IMG/VR virus record: IMGVR_UViG_3300014826_000005
Location: 8,167-72,166 of that record
Reading direction: 5' to 3' (one strand)
From: a virus
Lineage: Duplodnaviria > Caudoviricetes
DNA length: 64,000 nucleotides
Positions 49,629 to 57,745 of the stretch are shown here, one piece after another. The stretch's first letter is position 1. Each line of letters begins with the position of its first letter. Under the pieces are notes generated by a model. The model did not search any database. It was not told where the DNA came from and saw nothing but the letters and a program-made list of their open reading frames with translations. The position numbers were made by a program, and so were the translations under genes.

Positions 49629-50483
49629 ATGAATGACCAAAATTTAGGTTATATGTATATCAGTGAGTCGTTTTCTTCAAATAGTGATATCAAAAATGTC
49701 CAACAGAATAAATCTAATGATTTATTCTATGTAACATTTGATACAAATTTACAAGATTTTGATGTCAAAAATAGAAACCAACGATATTATGATGCAAAAA
49801 ATATTATGGATTGTATTCATACAGAAAAGATTCAATCTCTTCTTGCATCTAACGGTTGGTTTGGTGAATTTGACCACCCAGCTCCTGAAATAGCTGGTGA
49901 AAAACTTTCTCCTGAACGTATACAAAATGTCCCACCTCAATATCGAGCTTTTAAGATTATGAATCCTCATCTTGAAGGTAATATTTTAAAGGCTACTATT
50001 CAATCAGCACAAGGACAAGTGGGTGAAGGATTTGGTAAAGAAGTATTGGCTGGATGGGTTCCACAATTTTCATGTCGAGCTATTGCTACTATGGAAAATC
50101 GTGCAGGTAAACCATACGTCAATGTAAAAAGATTAATCACATATGATGCACCATGGTATCCTTCTCATGCTGTTGCTCATGCAACAAGTGCACCTGTTGT
50201 ACATACAAAATCATTTACTGAATCAGCTCAGACTGTTTTAGAAAGTGCTAAGGATAAAATTAATGGTGTAATGATTCCATTAAAAGAAATTTTGGAATAC
50301 GTTGGAAAAACAGATGTCAATACACGTATGATTATGGAAGCATTTGAATTACCTCTTGATAATCTTGCTGGTTTTGATAAGAATCGTCAACATGTTCTCA
50401 TTAAAGATGATTCAAATACAATTTATGCAAATATTGACCCTGAAACAGTAAAACGTGTCAATGATTTCTATGAATCATTTTAA
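49629..50483 (+). CDS. Prohead core protease (T4 gp21-like)
   Basis: NRNQRYY, GEFDHP (His), FSCRA (Ser), ITYD.PWYPSH..A. Confidence 0.85.
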   Translation: MNDQNLGYMYISESFSSNSDIKNVQQNKSNDLFYVTFDTNLQDFDVKNRNQRYYDAKNIMDCIHTEKIQSLLASNGWFGEFDHPAPEIAGEKLSPERIQNVPPQYRAFKIMNPHLEGNILKATIQSAQGQVGEGFGKEVLAGWVPQFSCRAIATMENRAGKPYVNVKRLITYDAPWYPSHAVAHATSAPVVHTKSFTESAQTVLESAKDKINGVMIPLKEILEYVGKTDVNTRMIMEAFELPLDNLAGFDKNRQHVLIKDDSNTIYANIDPETVKRVNDFYESF

Positions 50484-50518
50484 TAGTAATTAGAATTAAT
50501 TAGAAAGGAGATTATGAC

Positions 50519-53500
50519 ATGGCTACAACTGATCAGAAGGACTTATCTATACAGATGGTCCATATTGATGATCAAAAAGATGTTCATCAGCTTTATCCTA
50601 AAACAAAGGATAAAAATGTAACGGTAGAATCAACAAATAAAGCATTGCCTACAGGTATTTCATCATTAAAAGACCTTGTTGATAAATTAGGTGATACAGC
50701 ATTTACAAGTTCTACTGTTATAGGTATTACTACTGATGAACGTAATAAATTAAAAGGCATCGAAGAAGGTGCACAGGTCAACATGGTTGACGGTGTAAAA
50801 GGCGATGCTGAAACATATTATAGAACTGGTGATATCAATATTACTAAGGCCAATATTGGACTAGGTAGTGTTGAAAATAAATCATCTGCAACTATAAGAA
50901 GTGAAATTACTTCACAAAATGTTACATCTGCTTTAGGCTATACTCCTCCTAAACAGGATACAACATATAGTGATGCAACAACTCAAGTTCATGGTTTAAT
51001 GTCTACTGATGACAAAGTTAAACTTGATGGTATTGCTCCTGGTGCACAGGTCAATTCTATTACTGGTGTTAAAGGTGATAATGAAACAACATACCGTACT
51101 GGTAATGTGAATATCACTAAAGCTAATATTGGTTTAACAAACGTTGAAGATAAGTCATCTGCAACAATTCGAGGAGAATTGACATCTAAGAATGTTACGG
51201 ATGCACTAGGCTATGCACCTCCTAGAGTTAATACAACTTATGAAGAAGCAACCACAACAACTGATGGTTTATTATCTTCAGAAGATAAAACAAAATTAGA
51301 CTCTATTGAAAGTGGTGCCCAAAAGAATACTGTTACAGGTGTTAAAGGCTATAATGAATCTGCTTATCGTAGAGGTGATATTGTCATCACTAAAGCTAAT
51401 ATCGGTTTAACAAACGTTGAAGACAAATCATCTGAAACAATTCGAGGAGAATTGACATCTAAAAATGTTACGGATGCATTAGGATATACACCTCCTAAAC
51501 AAGATACAACTTATCCACCAGCAAATGGTTCAACTCTAGGGTTAATTAAAACTGGTGGAAGTTTAACATTAACAAGCGGTGTGGCTACTGTTAATGATAA
51601 CTCACATAAGCATACAATTGCTAATATTACGAATTTACAATCATCATTAGATAGTAAATTAAATACATCTCTAAAAGGTGCTAAAAATGGATTAGCTGAA
51701 CTTGATGAAAATGGTCTTGTACCTTCTACTCAATTACCTTCATACGTTGATGATGTTATTGAAGTGAATATGGGTTCAGATTTAACATCCGCAACATTAG
51801 CAAATGATTCACCAGTTACACCAGAAGCAGGTAAGATTTATGTTGATTTAGCATCAAATAAAACTTACAGATGGTCTGGTACAACATTCGTTGTTATTTC
51901 TGATACTATTGCTTTAGGCGAAACATCAACAACAGCATTTGATGGTGCTCGTGGTAAGGTTGCTTATAACCATTCACAATCTGCTCATGCAAGAGTTGAT
52001 GCTACTTTAACACAAGCATCTACTACTAATGGTAATATTAAAATTAATGGTACTGAAACAAAAGTCTATACTCACCCAGGTTATACTGCTCAAAAGAGTG
52101 GTTTATATAAAGTTACTGTAGATGGTAGTGGACATGTGAGTGCTGTTACAGCTGTCACAAAAGCTGATATTACTGCATTAGGTATCCCAGGCCAAGATAC
52201 GAATACAACATACGTTGCTGCAACATCAACTGCTAATGGTTTGATGTCATCATCTGATAAAGCAAAATTAGATGGTATCGCAAGTGGAGCAAACGCATAC
52301 ACTCACCCAGGATATACATCAAGAACAAGTGGTCTTTACAAAATCACTGTTGACAGTTTAGGTCACGTAAGTGCTGTAGCATCTGTTACTAAAGCAGATA
52401 TTACAGGTTTAGGTATTCCTGGTTCTGATACAACTTATAGTACAATGACTGGTGCAACAACTGATGCCGATGGCTCAAAAGGTCTGGTTCCAGCACCATC
52501 TAAAGGTAGTAATTCACGTTACTTACGTTCTGATGGTACATGGGTCACTCCACCTAATACAACATATCCTAATGCATCATCATCAGTTAATGGTTTGATG
52601 TCAGCATCTGATAAAGCAAAATTAGATGGTATTGCTAGTGGTGCAAATAAATACACTCATCCAGGATATACAGCTTATGATTCTGGATTCTATAAAGTTT
52701 CTGTAGACTCTACAGGCCATGTTGCTGCTGCTGTAGCCGTTAGTAAATCAGATATTACAAGCTTAGGTATTCCAGGACAAGATACAACTTATGCTGATGC
52801 TACTACATCAGCTCATGGTTTAATGACAGCTGCTATGGTATCTAAACTTAATGGAATAGCTTCTGGTGCAAATGCATACAGTCACCCAACATATTCATCA
52901 CATGCATCGGGATTATATAAAATAACAGTTGATGGTACCGGTCACGTAAGTGCTGTAGCATCTGTTACTAAATCAGATATCGCTGCATTAGGTATTCCTA
53001 GTTCTGATACGACATATGGTCTTATGAAGGGTGCTACATCATCTGTTGATGGTGCAACAGGTTTGGTTCCCGCACCATCTAAAGGTGACAGTTCACGTTA
53101 CTTACGTTCAGATGGTACATGGGTCACTCCACCTAATACAACATATTCAGATGCTACAACATCAGCCCATGGTTTAATGACAGCTGCTATGGTGTCTAAA
53201 CTTAATGGAATAGCAAGTGGTGCGAATGCATATAGTCACCCAGGATATACATCAAGATCAAGTGGTCTTTATAAGATTACGGTAGATAGTACTGGTCATG
53301 TAAGTGCTGTATCATCTGTTACTAAAGCAGATATTACTGCATTAGGTATCCCAGGACAGGATACTAATACAACATATGGTGTTGTATCATCATCGTCAAA
53401 TGGGTTGATGTCACCAACAATGTTGAACACATTAAATAGTGTTAATAGTGCTATTGGTGGGAAGTATTCGTCAAGTGGCGGCACTTTAAATGGTGACATA

Positions 53501-54772
53501 ACATTCCCTGAAATTGGTAGTACTGGTTCAAGTAAAGGTATTAACTGGTCAGGAGGTACTGATGGTGCTAGAATCTATTATAAAACAACGGCTCAAGATG
53601 CAGGCCATTTAGTATTTCAGGCTACAGACGATGCTGACGCCGTCATTGACTTTGAATGGAATATTGGAGGTACAGTTTCTAGAAAATCATACATCACATC
53701 GGATGGTGTTTATCATGGTACTGCTACTTATGCTACTAGTGCTGGATCGGCAAATAGTGTTGCTTGGGGCAATGTAACTGGTAAACCATCTACATATACT
53801 CCATCGTCGCATACACATACTATCGCTCAAATAACTAATTTAGAGTCAACTTTAGACGGTAAGGCAGCTAAATCACACACTCATGGTATTAGTGATATTA
53901 CTAATTTACAAAGTACTATCAACACCATTAATAGCAATAAAGCTGATCTGTCGTATTTAAATAAAAACTTTTACAGTACGACAAGTGTCGATAATATAAT
54001 TAATGGTTTGAATTATAAAGCAATCAGTCTTAATGGAGGTAATACTGCAAACTATCCTTACCATAGATTCTTATCTATACAGAATCTAACAGGTCAATGG
54101 AGTGATACTGTAGGTATTTATCTAATAGATAAAAGATATGATGGTGGGGGATACGGTATTGTAAAAGTAACATTACGAACAAATGACAAAATTTCAAATT
54201 ACTCGGTTTCTATAAGATGGCTCGCAAGATCTTCATCGTTTGCAGCAGCAGATATATCGTATGGTGCATATTTACATGATAATAAGTTAGATGTCGATGT
54301 GTTTATGAAATGCGGTGGCTGGCCTAGAACGAAAGTATATAATATATTTGGCGCATCAGATTGGACTATGATGAGTTCTGAAGAATCTAATGATACAACT
54401 ACAACAAATAGACTAAAATCTGTTGAATGTTATTCTTCTTTAGCAGATGCTGGAACAAAAATACATTCAGCATCTTATTCACGTACTGGTGAAGGTGTAG
54501 ATGAAGGTGTTGTAGCTAGAGCTACTAATGCCGATAATGCGTCTAGTGTAGCTTGGGGCAATGTAACTGGTAAACCATCTACATATACTCCATCATCACA
54601 TACACATACTATCTCTCAAATAACTAATTTACAGTCAACTTTAGATAGTAAAGCTGCTGCAAATCACACACATCCATACATTTCGACATCTGTCAATTAT
54701 GTTCTTATTACAGATGAAACAAATTTAACAGCATATGATGCAAGTTCCGCAAAGTGGAATGCACCTTCATAA
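50519..54772 (+). CDS. Long tail fibre: constant part 50519-53929 (1137 aa) plus the currently fused variable cassette 53930-54772
   Basis: Multiple fibre repeats (HPGYT..SGLYK.TVD..GHV; GVKG..E..YR.G..ITKANIGL; HTH motifs). Confidence 0.88.
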   Translation: MATTDQKDLSIQMVHIDDQKDVHQLYPKTKDKNVTVESTNKALPTGISSLKDLVDKLGDTAFTSSTVIGITTDERNKLKGIEEGAQVNMVDGVKGDAETYYRTGDINITKANIGLGSVENKSSATIRSEITSQNVTSALGYTPPKQDTTYSDATTQVHGLMSTDDKVKLDGIAPGAQVNSITGVKGDNETTYRTGNVNITKANIGLTNVEDKSSATIRGELTSKNVTDALGYAPPRVNTTYEEATTTTDGLLSSEDKTKLDSIESGAQKNTVTGVKGYNESAYRRGDIVITKANIGLTNVEDKSSETIRGELTSKNVTDALGYTPPKQDTTYPPANGSTLGLIKTGGSLTLTSGVATVNDNSHKHTIANITNLQSSLDSKLNTSLKGAKNGLAELDENGLVPSTQLPSYVDDVIEVNMGSDLTSATLANDSPVTPEAGKIYVDLASNKTYRWSGTTFVVISDTIALGETSTTAFDGARGKVAYNHSQSAHARVDATLTQASTTNGNIKINGTETKVYTHPGYTAQKSGLYKVTVDGSGHVSAVTAVTKADITALGIPGQDTNTTYVAATSTANGLMSSSDKAKLDGIASGANAYTHPGYTSRTSGLYKITVDSLGHVSAVASVTKADITGLGIPGSDTTYSTMTGATTDADGSKGLVPAPSKGSNSRYLRSDGTWVTPPNTTYPNASSSVNGLMSASDKAKLDGIASGANKYTHPGYTAYDSGFYKVSVDSTGHVAAAVAVSKSDITSLGIPGQDTTYADATTSAHGLMTAAMVSKLNGIASGANAYSHPTYSSHASGLYKITVDGTGHVSAVASVTKSDIAALGIPSSDTTYGLMKGATSSVDGATGLVPAPSKGDSSRYLRSDGTWVTPPNTTYSDATTSAHGLMTAAMVSKLNGIASGANAYSHPGYTSRSSGLYKITVDSTGHVSAVSSVTKADITALGIPGQDTNTTYGVVSSSSNGLMSPTMLNTLNSVNSAIGGKYSSSGGTLNGDITFPEIGSTGSSKGINWSGGTDGARIYYKTTAQDAGHLVFQATDDADAVIDFEWNIGGTVSRKSYITSDGVYHGTATYATSAGSANSVAWGNVTGKPSTYTPSSHTHTIAQITNLESTLDGKAAKSHTHGISDITNLQSTINTINSNKADLSYLNKNFYSTTSVDNIINGLNYKAISLNGGNTANYPYHRFLSIQNLTGQWSDTVGIYLIDKRYDGGGYGIVKVTLRTNDKISNYSVSIRWLARSSSFAAADISYGAYLHDNKLDVDVFMKCGGWPRTKVYNIFGASDWTMMSSEESNDTTTTNRLKSVECYSSLADAGTKIHSASYSRTGEGVDEGVVARATNADNASSVAWGNVTGKPSTYTPSSHTHTISQITNLQSTLDSKAAANHTHPYISTSVNYVLITDETNLTAYDASSAKWNAPS
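53930..53939 (+). repeat. Crossover core AATAGCAATA in the expressed fibre frame (N-S-N)
   Basis: Same core and reading frame as the five silent cassettes. Confidence 0.8.
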
Positions 54773-54780
54773 TAAAGAAA

Positions 54781-54812
54781 AAATATAGAATGGGCTAGCC
54801 CATTCTATATTT
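54781..54812. terminator. Bidirectional terminator inside invertible segment 1
   Basis: AAATATAGAATGGGC/GCCCATTCTATATTT. Confidence 0.8.
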
Positions 54813-55248
54813 ATTTTATACCCATACATAAAATACTTTCTACTGTTATACTATCAGCAGCAAATGCGATAATATTACTACCATTTCCGTTCTTAGTTCC
54901 ACAACACTGTATTCTTGAGCCTTCAGCAAATAGAGTTAGCGTATTTCCATTAACTTTTCCTCTAGTAATATTTAAACTATAAGAATAGCTATAACCTCCA
55001 CCGTCTCCATAAGGAACAATTAACCCACAGTCAAATGTACCATCAGAATTTATTCTAGTAAATCCACCAACATTATAATATCCACTAGCCTGACCCTGTA
55101 TTCTGATATATTTATACTTAGATATATTAGGAATTGTTAATGTTAGATCCTTACTAAGTTTATAAGCTCCACCTGGAATATAAGAAGAAAAATCCACAAT
55201 TTCAAACTTACTAATTACTTCAGCTCTTGCTGTATTGATATTGCTATA
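54811..55248 (-). other. Silent fibre-tip cassette A (145 aa, YSNINTARAEVISKFEIVDFSSY...CMGIK)
   Basis: Open frame begins at core TATAGCAATA (55239-55248), no RBS or true start. Confidence 0.8.
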
Positions 55249-55261
55249 TAATCTATAAAGA

Positions 55262-55299
55262 ATATCTTAAACCTAAGTGTATAACTAGGTTTAAGATAT
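55262..55299 (+). repeat. 38-bp palindrome unit 1 (ATATCTTAAACCTA-agtgtataac-TAGGTTTAAGATAT)
   Basis: 14-bp perfect arms with an asymmetric spacer; inverted relative to units 2 and 3. Confidence 0.9.
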
Positions 55300-55312
55300 T
55301 TATATTTTCATA

Positions 55313-55687
55313 AATAGCAATATTGCAGGCATTGATCATGAAGCATTATTATACACCGATTATTCATCTAAATGGAGACGAAGTGATGGTGTACATATTA
55401 AGAACGTTGAAGCATGTGTAGTTATCACAAAGGGTCACACTTGCGAAATTTATATAGCAGCAGTTGTGCAAGGGGGATGGAATAGCGGTGATACTAGCCC
55501 GTGGGTACTAGGTAATTTACCAGCACCTCTTAACAATGGATTTCAATGTGTTGGATATAATGCCAACGACGGGCGTCCTATTAGATTCACTGTTAATGAA
55601 GACGGTTGGTTGAAACCATGGTATAATAAAGAACCTTTAGTTGATAGTGTAACGTTCTCTGTCCATACTTGTTATATAACTAAATAG
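55313..55687 (+). other. Silent fibre-tip cassette B (124 aa, NSNIAGIDHEALLYTDYSSKW...CYITK)
   Basis: Open frame begins at core AATAGCAATA (55313-55322). Confidence 0.8.
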
Positions 55688-55691
55688 TATA

Positions 55692-55994
55692 CTAATTCTT
55701 AACAAGAATAGATGTAACGATAATTCTAGCATTGGATGGTATTGTTTGTTCATATTCTGAAATATTCATAACATAGACATTAGCGTTTGATCTAGTAATA
55801 TCATCAATATTATCAAAGCCACCTTTGATAGATGTAATTCCGTAAATATTCGTATCTATATTATAAACAGAATATCCCGATGGGACGGGAACGTTTACTG
55901 TAAATATTTTACCTTGATATCCTGTAAGTTTTGTACCAGCCCATGCAGTAGAGTACGTGGTAATTATTTTTATCTTATCTGAGATATTGCTATT
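55692..55994 (-). other. Silent fibre-tip cassette C (100 aa, NSNISDKIKIITTYSTAWAG...ILVKN), absent from the ORF track
   Basis: Stop-free frame from core 55985-55994 to TAG at 55692. Confidence 0.78.
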
Positions 55995-56007
55995 TATGAA
56001 AATAAAA

Positions 56008-56045
56008 ATATCTTAAACCTAGTTATACACTTAGGTTTAAGATAT
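56008..56045 (-). repeat. 38-bp palindrome unit 2
   Basis: ATATCTTAAACCTA-gttatacact-TAGGTTTAAGATAT. Confidence 0.9.
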
Positions 56046-56058
56046 TCTTTATAGATTA

Positions 56059-56412
56059 TATAGCAATATCACAGGTATCAATGGTAAATTAAATTTACCA
56101 CATTTAGCCAGTAGAGAGTTAGCTACAAATGCTCAATTTTTTGCTACAACAAGTACTACTGATACAATATATACTTGTAAAAATTTGGATAATGGAGCTA
56201 TTATTTTCGCATATTTATCATTCTCTGGATCAGCTCAATTATTTGCTACAGCAATCATTGATACACCAATGTTTTTAGCAAATAATGAAGATGCGGTTGT
56301 TTTACATGATAGTGTAAATGGTCAAACAGGGTATATTCGTCGTAAGAGTACAACATCTATTTCGATACTCGTGTCTAATAGTAATTGGCAACTAAGTGTT
56401 GTTATTTATTAA
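56059..56412 (+). other. Silent fibre-tip cassette D (117 aa, YSNITGINGKLNLPHLASR...SVVIY)
   Basis: Open frame begins at core TATAGCAATA (56059-56068). Confidence 0.8.
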
Positions 56413-56435
56413 AAAACTATTTTATGGAAATATAA

Positions 56436-56473
56436 ATATCTTAAACCTAGTTATACACTTAGGTTTAAGATAT
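56436..56473 (-). repeat. 38-bp palindrome unit 3
   Basis: Identical to unit 2; left core degenerate, right core intact. Confidence 0.9.
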
Positions 56474-56486
56474 CTTTTATGAATTA

Positions 56487-56567
56487 TATAGCAATAATGC
56501 CAAGAATACGAATAATGTATCGTCTATTCGATTTTTCATTATTTTAAATAAAAAAATACATGTATAG
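56487..56567 (+). pseudogene. Truncated cassette E (26 aa, YSNNAKNTNNV...)
   Basis: Intact core (56487-56496), but the frame ends within a terminator. Confidence 0.55.
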
Positions 56568-56589
56568 ATATTCTCTATACATGTATTTT
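56553..56589. terminator. Bidirectional terminator
   Basis: AAAATACATGTATAGA/TCTATACATGTATTTT. Confidence 0.75.
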
Positions 56590-56593
56590 CTTT

Positions 56594-57327
56594 TTAAATA
56601 GTATTAAGGAAGAAAAGTAATTCATCAGATATTTTATTTTCTGAGTATTTAATTTCTTCTCCTAATAATTCAGGATATTCATAAGTGACATAAGTAAAAC
56701 GCGTATTAATAAGACTACTTAACATTGAAAGAATTAAATCTGGTTTAATATAATTCAACATACGATATTTTGTTTGCATTAAATTTTGATACATATAGTT
56801 ATCTTCTATTTTTGCAATAAATTTATTATTTCTTATAATACGTGTATTAACATGATCACTTAGATTTCCTGTTAGAATATAAGGTAAAGATGCATAGTGG
56901 ATTTTTCCTTTTTCATCTTTCATATACCCTAAATCCAAAAGTAATTTTTTCTTTAATAATAGTAGAATTGTAATATATTGTCTTTTACTTAAAAGATTTA
57001 AGTCTCTATAAGAACCAAAGTATTTTGTATAATAAGCATAAACAAATTGGAATTGAATTGGTGAAGGATCATGGTATTCCATATAATAATTAATTTCTTC
57101 ATCACTTAAAGGAATATCAATATCTTTCTTAATAAGATCAATCGTCATATCAACGTTGATTTCACTCATGGTAATGACACCTTCATCAAGCTTACTTGCA
57201 TTCATAAGCATCTTATCAGCACCTGATAATCCTTCAGAACTATGAATATTACTTACTTCTGTTAAGTTCTTAGAATACTGATCTTTTAAGAAATAACTTA
57301 ATTGGAATTTAATGATTGTTTTATTAA
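56594..57327 (-). CDS. Exon 2 of the probable non-virion RNAP specificity subunit (AR9 gp226 / phiKZ gp68-like)
   Basis: Frame is open upstream of the tracked ATG up to the splice site; reads (F)NKTIIKFQLSYFLK... Confidence 0.6.
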
Positions 57328-57745
57328 CTTTAACGCATATTATCTCTAATATGAATAGACTATATCTTCATTTAATATGTACTATTACCATACATATTAA
57401 AGCCCTCCATTTCGGATTATTGTCACAAAGACTCACCTACGTTTCGTCCTATGATTGGACCTACTCGCTTATCAAACCACCTGATTTCTCATTTCAGTAT
57501 TTCTACATACATGGTTGTCTAGCTTTCCCTAGTCGTTGAACTCACAACTTATATAAGTTGCTTTGCTGCGTCGATTGTCTCTATTCATAACCTTATTACT
57601 ATACCTTGAGAGTTACCTCTTGCCACTAAGTATATCACTATCTTAGTTTAGTAGTTATGACCTAACGAGCATACTTTCGTATGTCTGAATAAAATTCAGA
57701 AGTTTCCCGCAATTAAAAGGGTTTGAGTTGAACTAATAAAAATCA
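57328..57745 (-). ncRNA. Group I intron (418 nt, no ORF)
   Basis: P AATTGCGGGAAA, Q AATCGACGCAGC, R TCAACGACTA, S GATATAGTCT; P1 GTTGGAT|TGAT with ATTAGTTCAAC (U-G at the splice site); P10 TTAATAA/TTATTAG; P9 CATATTA-GAGA-TAATATG; terminal G. Confidence 0.9.

Noticed and set aside
5054-53499. Short shadow ORFs overlapping long genes (for example 5054, 5991, 6007, 6780, 9058, 14115, 18299, 35236, 44881, 52090, 53296)
   Set aside because: Antisense or alternate-frame by-products of AT-rich or low-complexity coding DNA, without RBS.
55262-55299. Xer/dif site (central TGTATA)
   Set aside because: The central hexamer matches E. coli dif, but the arms are symmetric and lack the XerD-type TTATGT(T)AAA arm.
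50519-56567. Diversity-generating retroelement acting on the fibre tip
   Set aside because: No reverse transcriptase and no TR/VR pair differing only at adenines; the cassettes are unrelated to each other beyond the core.
57414-57529. Hammerhead ribozyme inside the introns (GTCC...GGAC-GAAAC)
   Set aside because: The required CUGANGA core is absent upstream of the hairpin (CGAGUAG instead).
57312-57539. Homing endonuclease ORF in intron 2 (also 24080-24409 near intron 1)
   Set aside because: Antisense to the intron, with no RBS and no nuclease motif.
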